Assembly: GCA_965238225.1 (NCBI GenBank)
Contig: OZ250183.1
Coordinates: forward strand, 1,152,001-1,216,000
Direction of reading: 5' to 3'
Length of the DNA: 64,000 bases
Origin: Gammaproteobacteria bacterium
GTDB taxonomy: Bacteria > Pseudomonadota > Gammaproteobacteria > Eutrophobiales > Eutrophobiaceae
Shown here piece after piece: positions 25,001 to 36,322 of this stretch. The notes beneath the pieces were generated by a model, which was not told the origin of the DNA, did not search any database, and saw nothing but the letters and a program-made list of their open reading frames with translations. Within the stretch, counting starts at the first letter, position 1; the number at the start of each line of letters is the position of its first letter. Position numbers and translations under genes: made by a program.

Positions 25001-28000
25001 AATATTCTAGCACCATAAGCAAACTCAATTCGGTCTAATTGGTAATCATCCCTTAGGAAGTGATCGTAAATCTTTATAGTTTCTGTTGTGTTATTAGCGC
25101 CACTTACTTGTAATAGAAGATGATTATCTACGCGAGTTGTTTGAACATCTGTGGTAGCAATACCTACTCCAAATTGCAAGGTATCTGTGCCGTTGCTTGT
25201 ATCAAGGTTATAAATGATTGTATCGCCGTCGCCTTTGGCAAACAGATAAGTATCGTTACCGTTACCTCCAACTAGGGAATCTCCTATACCGGCACCCCCG
25301 CTTAAGATATCGTTACCAGCACCTCCATACAAGGTATCGTTGCCGTCACCTCCGTACAGTTTATCTATACCTGCACCGCCAACTAAGGTATCGTTGCCAG
25401 CATCTCCGTATAGATAATCACGACCTTCATTTCCATACAAGGTATCGTCGCCAGCACCTCCGTACAGCTTATCGTTACCGTCACCACCATTTAAGGTATC
25501 GTTGCCAGCACCTCCGTACAAGGTATCGTTACCAGCACCTCCGTACAAGGTATCGTTACCGTTGTCTCCGTTCAAATAATCACGACCTTCATTTCCATAC
25601 AAGGTGTCGTTGCCGTCATATCCATTCAAGGTATCGTCGCCAGCACCTCCGTACAGCTTATCGTTACCGTAATTTCCATTTAACCGATCATTATTACCAC
25701 TACCACCATTGAGAACGTTATCCGTATCGTCGCCTATCAATAATCTAGTACCGTCAGCAAACTCAACTTGGTCTAATTGGTAATCATCCCTTAGGAAGTG
25801 ATCGTAAATCCTTATAGTTTCTGTTGTGTTATTAGCGCCACTTACTTGTAATATAAGATGATTATCTACGCGAGCTGTTTGAACATCTGTGGTAGCAATA
25901 CCTGCTCCAAATTGCAGGGTATCTGTGCTGTTGCTTGTATCAAAGTTATAAATGGTTGTATCACCGTCGCCTTTGGAAAACAGATAAGTATCGTTACCGT
26001 TACCTCCAACTAGGGAATCTCCTATACCGGCACCCCCGCTTAAAGTATCGTTACCAGCACCTCCGTACAAGGTATCGTTGCCGTCACCTCCAAACAAGTA
26101 ATCGTCGCCAGCACCTCCATGCAAGGAGTCGTCACCACCAAGACCTTCTATTCGATCATTACCACTACCACCATTGAGAGTGTTGTCCGTATCATCGCCT
26201 ATCAATAATCTAGCACCATCAGCAAACTCAACTTGGTCTAATCGGTTATCATCACTTAGGAAGTGATCTAGAATCGTTATAGTTTCTGTTGTGTTATTAG
26301 CACCACTTACTTGTAATAGAAGATTATTATCTACACGAGTTGTTTGAACATCTGTGGTAGCAATGCCTTGTCCAAGTTGCAAAGTATCCGTGCTGTTGCT
26401 TGTGTCAAGGTTATAAATAGTTGTATCACCGTCACCTTTGGAAAACAGATAAGTATCGTTACCCTTACCTCCAATCAGCCAATCTCCTGCACCTGCATCG
26501 CCGCTTAAGGTATCGTTGCCGTCATTACCGTACAGGGTATCTCTACCGTCACCGCCGCTTAAGGTATCGTTGCCGTCTTGTCCATACAGGACATCATTAC
26601 CGTTATCTCCAGACAAGGTATCCGTACCGGAACCGCCTCTTAAGAAATCGTCACCGTCACCGCCATACAAGGTATCGTTACCGTTGCCTCCGTACAGCTT
26701 ATCGTCACCAGTAAGACCTTCTATTCGATCATTGCCATTACCACCATTGAGAGTGTTATTGTTCTCATCGCCTACAAATAATAAGGCAGCGTCTATCTGT
26801 GTTGCTGTCCATACAGTACCGTCAGCAAACTCAATTTGGTCTAATTGGTGAAAATCATTCCAGAAGTGATCGTAAATCCTTATGGTTTCTGTTGTGTTAT
26901 TAGCGCTACTTACTTGTAATAGAAGATGATTATCTACGCGAGTTGTTTGAACATCCGTGGTAGCAATGCCTTGTCCAAGTTGCAAAGTATCCGTGCTGTT
27001 GCTTGTATCAAGGTTGTAAATGGTTGTATCACCGTCACCCAAAGAAAACAGATAAGTATCGTTACCGCTACCTCCGTGCAGGGTATCGTCACCAGCACTT
27101 CCCCACAAGTAATCGTCACCACTACCTCCGTGCAGGGTATCGTTGCCGTCACCTCCGTACAGGGTATCGTTACCGCTACCTCCCCACAAGATATCGTTAC
27201 CAGCAAGACCTTCCAGCAGATCATTACCATCACCACCATTGAGAATGTCATCGTTCTCAGAACCTCTTAACGAGGTTGTTGGCAATGTCCATACAGTACC
27301 GTCAGCAAACTCAACTTGGTCTAATCGGTAATCATCCCTAAAGTGATCGTAAATCGTTATAGTTTCTGTTGTGTTATTAGTGCTACTTACTTGTAATAGA
27401 AGATGATTATCTGTGCGAGTTGTTTGAACATCTGTGGTAGCAATGCCTTGTCCAAGTTGCAAGGTATCCGTGCTGTTGCTTGTATCAAGGTTATGAATGG
27501 TTGTATTGCCATCACCCAAAGAAAACAGATAAGTATCGTTACCGCTACCTCCAGTCAGGTAATCTTCTGTACCTGTGCCGCCGCTTAAGACATCGTCACC
27601 GTCACCTCCAAACAAGGTATCCGTACCAGAACCTCCGTACAGGGTATCGTTACCATTATCGCCATTTAAGATATCGTTGCCGGTATCCCCGCTTAAGGTG
27701 TCGTTATCGGCACCTCCGTACAGGGTATCGTTATCAGCACCTCCGTACAGGGTATCGTTACCGTTTTGTCCATACAATCTATCGTTACCACCGAGACCTT
27801 CTAATCGATCATTACCATCGCCACCATTGAGAGTGTTGTCCGTATCGTCGCCTATCAGTAATCTAGCACCATCAGCAAACTCAATTTGGTCTAATCGGTA
27901 AGAATTACCTAGGAAGTGATCTTGAATCGTTATGGTTTCTGTTGTGTTATTAGCACCACTTACTTGTAATAGAAGATTATTATCTACACGAGTTGTTTGA

Positions 28001-30828
28001 ATATCTGTGGTAGCAATACCTTGTCCAAGTTGCAAGGTATCTGTGCTGTTGCTTGTATCGTAATTATGAATGCTTGTATCACCATCACCCAAAGAAAACA
28101 GATAAGTATCGTTACCGCTACCTCCAGACAGGGTATCATCACCAGCACTTCCCCATAAGGTATCGTTACCGCTACCGCCAGCCAGGGTATCGTTGCCGGC
28201 ACCTCCAAACAAGTAATCGTCACCAGCACCTCCCCACAAGATATCGTTACCAGCAAGACCTTCCAGCAGATCATTACCATTGCTACCATTGAGAATATCA
28301 TCGTTCTCAGAACCTCTTAACGAGTTTGTTGGCAATGTCCATACAGTACCGTCAGCAAACTCAACTTGGTCTAATTGGTAATCATCCCTTAGGAAGTGAT
28401 TATAAATCGTTATAGTTTCTGTTGTGTTATTAGGGCTATTTACTTGTAATATAAGATGATTATCTACACGAGCTGTTTGAACATCTGTGGTAGCAATGCC
28501 TTGTCCAAGTTGCAAAGTATCCGTGCTGTTGCTTGTATCAAGGTTATGAATGGTTGTATTGCCATCACCCAAAGAAAACAGATAAGTATCGTTACCGCTA
28601 CCTCCAGTCAGGTAATCTTCTGTACCTGTGCCGCCGCTTAAGACATCGTCACCGTCACCGCCGTATAGGGTATCGTTACCGCTACCGCCAGCCAAGGTAT
28701 CGTTACCGTTAAATCCGTATAGGGTATCGTTATCGGCACCTCCGTACAGGGTATCATTATCGGCACCTCCGTACAGGGTATCGTTGCCGTTTTGTCCGTA
28801 CAGCTTATCGTTACCGTCATTACCGTACAGGGTGTCGTTATCGTTACCACCGTATAGGGTATCTGTGCCACTACCGCCACTTAAGGTATCGTTGCCAGTC
28901 CAGCCGCCTAAGATATCGTTACCCGCACCGCCTTCAAGCACATCATCGCCGTTTTGTCCGTACAGCTTATCGTTGCCGTTACCGCCATTTAAGATATCGT
29001 TGCCGTTACCTCCATACAGTTTATCGTTACCGTCATTACCGTACAGGGTGTCGTTGCCGTTACCTCCATATCGTTGCCAGGCCGCCTAAGATATCGTTAC
29101 CCGCACCGCCTTCAAGCACATCATCGCCGTTTTGTCCGTACAGCTTATCGTTGCCGTTACCGGTATCGTTACCAGCAAGGCCTTTCAGTAGATCATTGCC
29201 ACTACCACCATTGAGAGTGTCATCGTTCTCAGTACCTTCTAACAAGTTTGTTGGCAATGCCCATACAGTACCGTCAGCAAACTCAATTTGGTCTAATCGG
29301 TAAGAATTACCTAGGAAGTGATCTTGAATCGTTATGGTTTCTGTTGTGTTATTAGCACCACTTACTTGTAATAGAAGATTATTATCTACACGAGTTGTTT
29401 GAATATCTGTGGTAGCAATACCTTGTCCAAGTTGCAAGGTATCTGTGCTGTTGCTTGTATCAAATTATGAATGGTTGTATCACCATCACCCAAAGAAAAC
29501 AGATAAGTATCGTTACCGCCACCTCCAGTCAGGTAATCTTCTGTACCTGTGCCGCCGCTTAAGACATCGTCACCGTCACCTCCAAACAAGGTATCCGTAC
29601 CAGAACCTCCGTACAGGGTATCGTTACCATTATCGCCATTTAAGATATCCCCACCTCCATACAGGGTATCGTTACCAGCAAGACCTTTCAGTAGATCATT
29701 GCCACTACCACCATTGAGAGTGTCATCGTTCTCAGTACCTTCTAACAAGTTTGTTGGCAATGTCCATACAGTACCGTCAGCAAACTCAATTTGGTCTAAT
29801 CGGTAATCATCCCTTAGGAAGTGATTATAAATCGTTATAGTTTCTGTTGTATTATTAGGGCTATTTACTTGTAATATAAGATGATTATCTACACGAGCTG
29901 TTTGAACATCTGTGGTAGCAATGCCTTGTCCAAGTTGCAAAGTATCCGTGCTGTTGCTTGTATCAAGGTTATGAATGGTTGTATTGCCATCACCCAAAGA
30001 AAACAGATAAGTATCGTTACCGTTACCGCCATACAAGGTATCCGTACCAGAACCACCGCTTAGTACATCATCACCGTTTTGTCCGTACAAGACATCGTCA
30101 CCGTTACCGCCATACAACCTATCGTTACCGTCTTGTCCATACAGGGTATCGTGACCGACACCGCCATACAACCTATCGTTACCCGTACCTCCCCATAAGA
30201 CATCGTTACCAGCACCTCCAAGCAAGGTATCGTCATCGTCATCGCCAACTAAGATGTCACGACCGTCACCTCCATTTAAGTAATCGTTACCGTTACCGCC
30301 GTATAGGGTATCGTTATTGTTACCGCCGTATAGGGTATCGTTATTGTTACCGCCATTTAAGGTATCGTTACCAGCACCTCCAAGCAAGGTATCCGTACCA
30401 GAACCACCGCTTAGTACATCATCACCGTTTTGTCCATACAGCTTATCGTTACCGTCATTACCGTACAGGGTGTCGTTATCGTTACCACCGTATAGGGTAT
30501 CTGTGCCATTACCGCCACTTAAGGTATCTGTGCCACTACCGCCGCTTAAGGTATCGTTGCCAGCAAGACCTTCCAGCAGATCATTACCATCACCACCATT
30601 TAAGATATCGTTGCCAGCACCTCCAAGCAAGTAATCGTCATCGTCACCGCCAACTAAGATGTCACGACCGTCACTTCCATGTAGGAAATCGTTACCGTTA
30701 CCGCCGTGCAGGGTATCGTTGCCGGCACCTCCAAACAAGTAATCGTCGCCAGCAAGACCTTTCAGTAGATCATTACCATCACCACCATTGATAGTGTTAT
30801 TGTTCTCATCGCCTATAAAATTAGCCAT
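22039..30828 (-). CDS. Giant RTX calcium-binding repeat protein (T1SS substrate), split by two frameshifts near 29070 and 29461
   Basis: GGAGG then ATG at 30828 ([11 protein letters not shown]). Long GGxGxDxLx arrays alternate with 12 near-identical ~85-aa modules (DTYLFSxGDG...EFADG) plus one divergent C-terminal module; RTX-type C-terminus ...LVNAMAAY...WQTA. Spans ORFs 29386..30852, 29060..29437 and 22039..28941. Confidence 0.88.
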
Positions 30829-31039
30829 ACAATAACCTCCACAGTCATTCATTAAATTTACAAAAATTTATTTATTTTTATAAAAATAAAGGTATTTGGT
30901 GTTTAGTATACAAGGTGTTTAGTATATTTGTAAGGACAACAACCTAGCTTAACCCTTCAGAAGCTTTATTCTCTGGCATCAGTCATATAAGAAAGAGCCC
31001 CTAATTCACCCATAGTCAGCAATTATCGTAAAATGCGTA

Positions 31040-31330
31040 CTACATTCAATATAGCCCGTATTATTCATCGCCTCAGTAGATTTGAGTGATGAAAACCCGA
31101 AAAGTTCTATATTATTTTTCCGGGTTATTTGCCCTGTATGACATAAGATCGACTCATAGGGTTATCGCATAAGCTTTATTGCTGGGGTTTTCCTGCTCAA
31201 AAATCCCAGTCAGTGGATTCCCATCGAATACTAATAAGCCGTATTTTATAAACTGTAATACTGGTCAAATTCCACTGGATGTGTAGCCATGCGCAGACGA
31301 CTGACCTCTTCAATAAAGAGGCATCAGGGA
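31040..31330 (+). ncRNA. Candidate structured non-coding element (back-to-back hairpins)
   Basis: Stems at 31064-31093, 31094-31126, 31131-31162, 31182-31209, 31211-31277 and 31301-31327; G-U pairs favour the + strand. Confidence 0.4.
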
Positions 31331-31462
31331 TAATTAATGATAATAGTTAGATGTTTTGTTAAAGAACAGCGTGCAATTTAACAGAGATATTATGTAAGAT
31401 TTTTGATATTCAGGAGGTTTATCCTAATAAGCAAAGAACCTGAGCAAAGAGGCAAGACTGGT

Positions 31463-31552
31463 TGGCGGAGAGAGAGGGATTCGAACCCTCGGTATCTCGA
31501 AAGATACAGCAGATTTCGAGTCTGCCCCGTTCGACCACTCCGGCATCTCTCC
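31463..31552 (-). tRNA. tRNA-Ser(CGA)
   Basis: Reverse complement GGAGAGATGCCGGAGTGGTCGAACGGG-GCAGA CT CGA AA TCTGC, long variable arm, GGTTCGAATCC, ...CTCTCCGCCA. Confidence 0.97.
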
Positions 31553-32242
31553 TTACCAAACATCATAATGTTAAATATCGACTGAGGCTATCTGTGCGCA
31601 GCACTTTCTATTGCAACCTTTGCAAATCCTTAAGTCCCTGATAAATCCTGTGTATGTGGACTACATTAGATTTGATTTATTTAACGTACCAAGTCTTTGG
31701 TTTTTCTTCTTCTTCTTTTGAGTTTTTTATTTCTCTACTAAGCAATCTGCATGTTGAGCCATTTTTAATATATTTCTAAGCGAAACAACATCACTTTATA
31801 TTAATAATTAAAAAATCTATTTTTATCTGCCTAATTTTATTAAGTTTTTTAATATTTATAATGATATCTACAGTTTTTTCACGCCATGTAGCGATGTAAA
31901 TACATGATATTGTGGTTTACACAGTGCTTGACTACAGTCTATTGTGGTGTTATACGTTTTCTGGAATAGATGAATTAACTGCCTGATTGGCTCTTCTGGT
32001 AGAGATATGGGGATGTAAATTGAAAAAAATAGTTCTTTGTTTAACTGCTTTTATTTCTAGCAGGCGTACGCACAAAAGCGAAATGCCTGCCCCCGTATCT
32101 TCCAATCAGCTTTACCTAACTCGTTTAACAGCGAGCAAGCCAAGAAGGAGCTTAGCTATTGCCTGGTATCTCCATCCTCTTTCGGATACTAGGCTTTCTT
32201 ATTCCAGAGTGAACTTCTCCTAAAAACTGAAGTTCTTTGTCA

Positions 32243-32277
32243 TACACCAAATCTGTAAAGGTTTGGTGTATTTTTTT
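32243..32277. terminator. Hairpin/terminator downstream of orf21
   Basis: TACACCAAA-TCTGTAAAGG-TTTGGTGTA followed by T7 on the + strand. Confidence 0.6.
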
Positions 32278-32285
32278 GTCACGCT

Positions 32286-32900
32286 TTAATAGGTGATGGC
32301 TTTCAAGTATTTTTCTGGCTCATCGTTTGTTTTAAGTACATACTGCAAGGTATCTATATCATTCTTATCAAGCCACCATATTCCCGACTTTGATTTTTTT
32401 AAGAATACCGGAAAGTCTTTATCTATCATTTCAGATTCAGACAGCGCTCTTGAATTCAGTTTATTTAAGCTTAAAGACTTAATCAGCAGCACATGTTTAG
32501 CATTTAGGCGGCCTGCCAACCAAAGCGCTAAGCTATCTGAAGTTAAATTCCAATTTTCAGATACATCCTCACACGTATTAATCATTTTGAAAGGTAACCA
32601 TACAGGCACTTGGTTTAGGCTGATGGCTTTTTTTATTCCTTCAATAGAATCTGCAAGAATAAGGCTCGGCGCGTAAGATTGTAGTAAATGTGCATATTGC
32701 TCCATCGCCAACAAAGCCATTTTATGAGCGGTTTTGTGATTAAATTTCCATTCTTGTTGTGCATCACGAATATGGTCTGAAAATATGCCTGCGCCGGAAA
32801 CGATAAGCAGTTTGCCTGCGCCAAACTCAGTAATCATTGAAAGCCATTCCTTCAAGCTTCCTGACGATAATAAACTCCCGCCAAGTTTAACTACCCACAT
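32286..32900 (-). CDS. Amino-acid-kinase family protein (Orf21/MfnE-like; methanofuran/methylofuran synthesis)
   Basis: MWVVKLGGSL, AHKMALLAMEQY, NWNLTSDSLALWLA; ATG 32900 overlaps the pabB end. Confidence 0.85.
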   Translation of the reverse strand: MWVVKLGGSLLSSGSLKEWLSMITEFGAGKLLIVSGAGIFSDHIRDAQQEWKFNHKTAHKMALLAMEQYAHLLQSYAPSLILADSIEGIKKAISLNQVPVWLPFKMINTCEDVSENWNLTSDSLALWLAGRLNAKHVLLIKSLSLNKLNSRALSESEMIDKDFPVFLKKSKSGIWWLDKNDIDTLQYVLKTNDEPEKYLKAITY

Positions 32901-34275
32901 GTTTGGATTTTTCAGATTCAAATAACGCAAACAGTGCGGCGGCTTTGTCAAAACATTCCTGATACTCAGCATCCAGCCGTGAATCTATTACAATCCCTCC
33001 GCCTGCCCAACAATACATTTTGTCTTTATGGTGCACCATTGTACGGATAATAATATTGCTATCCATATTGCCATCAAAACCAATATACGCCATTGAACCA
33101 CAGTAGATACTGCGCCTGTGCGGTTCGAGTGTTTCAATAATCTCCATGGCACGTAATTTTGGTGCACCCGTGATAGAGCCTCCGGGAAAACAACCACGCA
33201 ATAAATCCAGAGTATGATATTTATCTGCCAATTGTCCAATCACAGTGCTTACTAAATGATGTACCTTAGCAAAACTCTCTAATGCAAATAATTTGGGCGC
33301 AGAGATACTGCCATAGCGACATGATTTCCCGATATCATTACGCAGAAGATCGACAATCATCAAGTTCTCTGCGCGATCTTTTTCACTCTCAAGTAAATCT
33401 TCGCTCAGCGCTTGATCTTCGTAAATATCTGTTGAGCGTCTTCGCGTGCCTTTTATAGGTTTGCTTTCAACCAAACCATTATCGACTTTCAAAAACCGCT
33501 CTGGTGACGTACTTAATACTGCGCCTTCAGGTATCCTGAAAAACCCACTATAAGGAGCGGGATTTAATGTTCGCAATTTTAAATATGCAGCCCATGGATC
33601 ACCAGAAACATCAATTGAAAAACGCTGTGCCAGATTTACTTGATAGCAATCACCTTCTCTAATGTAATATTTAATTTTATTAAAGGCGCGTGCATAAAAT
33701 GCTTCATCCATATTCGGATGGAGCTCAGAGAGCACTTCAAATTTCTGTTTATTTGACTCTGTTTTTATCTGAAAAAGATTTTGTAGTTCATTCCATTCGT
33801 CAAATGTTTTTTCGTCTTTTCCATAAGCTGTCAACCATGTTCTACGTTGTTGATGATCCGTCACCAAGACCCAGTCGTAAATTCCAATGGCCATATCGGG
33901 CATAGCAATATCATATTCAGAAATATCAGGTATTTTTTCAATTCCGCGCCCAAGGTCATAAGCAAAATAACCCATGGCTCCCCCAGCAAAAGGGACGGTT
34001 GAAAGCCTAGATTCATTTTCTCCAAGAATTGATTTTACGATTGAGAATGGATCTTCATAAGAAGATTCACATTTGCCACTGGCATAAGATATTTCTGTTT
34101 CTCGCGCAAAGGTCTTTAAGGTAATATAAGGGCGTGCAGAGATAATATCATAGCGTCCAAGATCAATGTACGGGTAAGCACTATCTAAAAAAATACTCCA
34201 GGCTTCGCCTGCAATATGGGAAAATATCTCTGCAGAATTACGACAATAAGGCAATTCAGTTAATCTAAATGTCAA
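32887..34275 (-). CDS. pabB: Aminodeoxychorismate synthase component I
   Basis: YQVNLAQRF, SPERFL, KPIKGTR, AENLMIVDLLRND, FPGGSITGAPK; TTG 34275 couples to the orf9 stop. Confidence 0.93.
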   Translation of the reverse strand: MTFRLTELPYCRNSAEIFSHIAGEAWSIFLDSAYPYIDLGRYDIISARPYITLKTFARETEISYASGKCESSYEDPFSIVKSILGENESRLSTVPFAGGAMGYFAYDLGRGIEKIPDISEYDIAMPDMAIGIYDWVLVTDHQQRRTWLTAYGKDEKTFDEWNELQNLFQIKTESNKQKFEVLSELHPNMDEAFYARAFNKIKYYIREGDCYQVNLAQRFSIDVSGDPWAAYLKLRTLNPAPYSGFFRIPEGAVLSTSPERFLKVDNGLVESKPIKGTRRRSTDIYEDQALSEDLLESEKDRAENLMIVDLLRNDIGKSCRYGSISAPKLFALESFAKVHHLVSTVIGQLADKYHTLDLLRGCFPGGSITGAPKLRAMEIIETLEPHRRSIYCGSMAYIGFDGNMDSNIIIRTMVHHKDKMYCWAGGGIVIDSRLDAEYQECFDKAAALFALFESEKSKHVGS

Positions 34276-35309
34276 TGAAGCAATCTCGCTATTTGCGCGA
34301 CAGAAACAGCCGTAGCGCAACTTAGCGCTTTATATTTTTCCTGTTTTGGACAGGTCAATAACTCTGTAAAATCTACATATTCCAAATTATTGATTCGTGC
34401 TAATTTCTTAATCAAAAAAGAACCTGCTCCTGCGCCAACTAAACAATGACTTTTATGGCGTGATAATACCTTCAATAATGATTCGTTAATTATTTCCAGA
34501 TGTGAGGCGGCAATGTGTTTGGATATCTCTACAAAAGAATTAATGTTTTTTTCATCCTGAAGATCAAGACCAACCATTCTTGCCAATCTCCTTGCGCTAT
34601 CGCATGGTGTTTTACCTGCGCCATCCGCAGTCTCTAGTATATCATCTTGCTCATTGAGTTCGCTGCTCAATCGGTAGATATCTGCCATCGTAGAAAAATT
34701 CTCAGCAGCAATGCTTTGCCATTGCCCATCATAAAATATTTTATTAACAACGGCCATTACAGGCGTTCTGATAACACCAGTATAAATAAGTTCGTTATCA
34801 CGTAATCTTTCATGGTCAGTATAAGCGATATTAAACAACTGCTCTGATGCAAAAGGGATAATGTCTGTTGTCGTACTGCCAATATCAATCAATACACCCG
34901 CATCAATATTTTGCGCAACGAAACTGGCTGTTGCATGCCAATTGGCTGATGCAATATCAGTGATATAAGAATTTGCTTTATTAGACTCGATTAATCCACT
35001 ATTGCCTGCGTAAATCTGGAAGTTTTCCTTGTCAAAATAATGCTCAAGAAATCCGGTTAATTCTCTGACACCAGATTTCCTGCTCTTGAAGATATCTGCC
35101 AATTCCGCTGTCATTGTAATTGCGTGCATTAAAGATCCTTCAGTAATCTGATTGCACATTTCTGACATTGCATTTTCTAAATTGCCTAAACCTTTCCATA
35201 TAGGTGTCGCTAATTGCTTAACAAAATTTACAGCGCCAACATGGTCAATCGATGCCATTTTTAAATGTGCACCACCGATATCCCAACCAACATATGTCTT
35301 AGACGACAT
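34272..35309 (-). CDS. H4MPT-linked hydantoinase/oxoprolinase-family protein (Orf9/MfnF-like)
   Basis: GWDIGGAHLK, TMTAELAD, ASANWHA, DIGSTTTDIIP, YTGVIRTP. Confidence 0.88.
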   Translation of the reverse strand: MSSKTYVGWDIGGAHLKMASIDHVGAVNFVKQLATPIWKGLGNLENAMSEMCNQITEGSLMHAITMTAELADIFKSRKSGVRELTGFLEHYFDKENFQIYAGNSGLIESNKANSYITDIASANWHATASFVAQNIDAGVLIDIGSTTTDIIPFASEQLFNIAYTDHERLRDNELIYTGVIRTPVMAVVNKIFYDGQWQSIAAENFSTMADIYRLSSELNEQDDILETADGAGKTPCDSARRLARMVGLDLQDEKNINSFVEISKHIAASHLEIINESLLKVLSRHKSHCLVGAGAGSFLIKKLARINNLEYVDFTELLTCPKQEKYKALSCATAVSVAQIARLLH

Positions 35310-36309
35310 TTATTTTTTCTAACAGTAAATTTACAGGTAAAAAATCTTTTTTATTAATCTCAGGAACAGCTCCATTTTGCCAGACAGACAAAATTAATTT
35401 TGCAGGATTTAATGCTAAAGATTCTCTTAGCCCAACATAGGAAGTTGTTAATCTAGGATTAATTTCTACGACTATAGATTCAGTCTCAGTGACTATTAAG
35501 TCAACGCCAATATATCCTCGTAGACCTTCATCTGCTTTAGCAATATTCTGTGCGACTGAATTAAACACTGCCCATTGCTCCGGCAATCCATTGACGATAA
35601 TTTCTTTTAATTTTCCTTCTTTAACTTGGTTTTTTGAATTGAAAACAAATATCTGTTTATTACATGCGAGCAATAAAGCGCTTCCATGGTAACAAATCAT
35701 TGAAAGGCTTGCTGAAATACCAGATATATATTCCTGAACTACAAAATTTTCTATATAAATTAAGTCTTTTAATTTATTTATATCCTTTATATCAGTACAA
35801 AAATAACAATCTTCTGCGCCGACTCCATCATCAGGTTTAATCACCCAGCCATTTTGGTTTTCTAAAATAGTTTTGTCTTTTAATAGTGTTGTTTCTATGC
35901 AGGATATTTTGTTTTTAAATAATAGATTTTTTGTTTGTAATTTGCTGCTTGCAGTCTGCACAGATGTTGAAGGACTTCCTAAAATAGTACAGCCCGCCTG
36001 TTCTGCCATTAATGTTAAGTTAAATAAAATATTTTCACTCTCAGGCGCAATGATTAAGACGGTATCTGCAGAAGCCATGCAAGATTTCCAAGTACTGTAG
36101 ATATCTTTTTCTAGAACGATTTGTTTTACAGGGAGTGATAGGAGCCGAAGACGAGCATCGCGTGTCGTAATAATGTCTGTAATGCCCATTTCCAGAAAAT
36201 CTTTTAACACGGCTACAAGCATCATATCGCCTTCTATGGCCAAGCTATCAGGCAATTCTCTGTCTTGCATGCCGCCACCCGTGATAAACTCACAAACAAA
36301 TAAACTCAT
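35299..36309 (-). CDS. ATP-grasp protein (Orf1/MfnD-like tyramine-glutamate ligase)
   Basis: VCEFITGGG, EGDMML, IIAPE, IKPDDGVGA, EINPRLTTSYVGL. Confidence 0.85.
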   Translation of the reverse strand: MSLFVCEFITGGGMQDRELPDSLAIEGDMMLVAVLKDFLEMGITDIITTRDARLRLLSLPVKQIVLEKDIYSTWKSCMASADTVLIIAPESENILFNLTLMAEQAGCTILGSPSTSVQTASSKLQTKNLLFKNKISCIETTLLKDKTILENQNGWVIKPDDGVGAEDCYFCTDIKDINKLKDLIYIENFVVQEYISGISASLSMICYHGSALLLACNKQIFVFNSKNQVKEGKLKEIIVNGLPEQWAVFNSVAQNIAKADEGLRGYIGVDLIVTETESIVVEINPRLTTSYVGLRESLALNPAKLILSVWQNGAVPEINKKDFLPVNLLLEKINVV

Positions 36310-36322
36310 AAAATATCTTCTT

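Noticed and set aside
22407-30791. Many R/Y/H-rich and P/S-rich ORFs with repeats
   Set aside because: Alternative-frame and antisense shadows of the RTX repeats.
22039-30828. Repeat array as CRISPR or a diversity-generating retroelement
   Set aside because: The repeats are codon-phased protein repeats without unique spacers; no cas or reverse transcriptase gene in the window.
31403-31585. 60-aa ORF containing WRRERDSNPR
   Set aside because: Antisense translation of tRNA-Ser.
31560-32240. Long spacer and 78-aa ORF 31987..32223
   Set aside because: No recognisable motif, integrase or clear structure; possibly decayed DNA.
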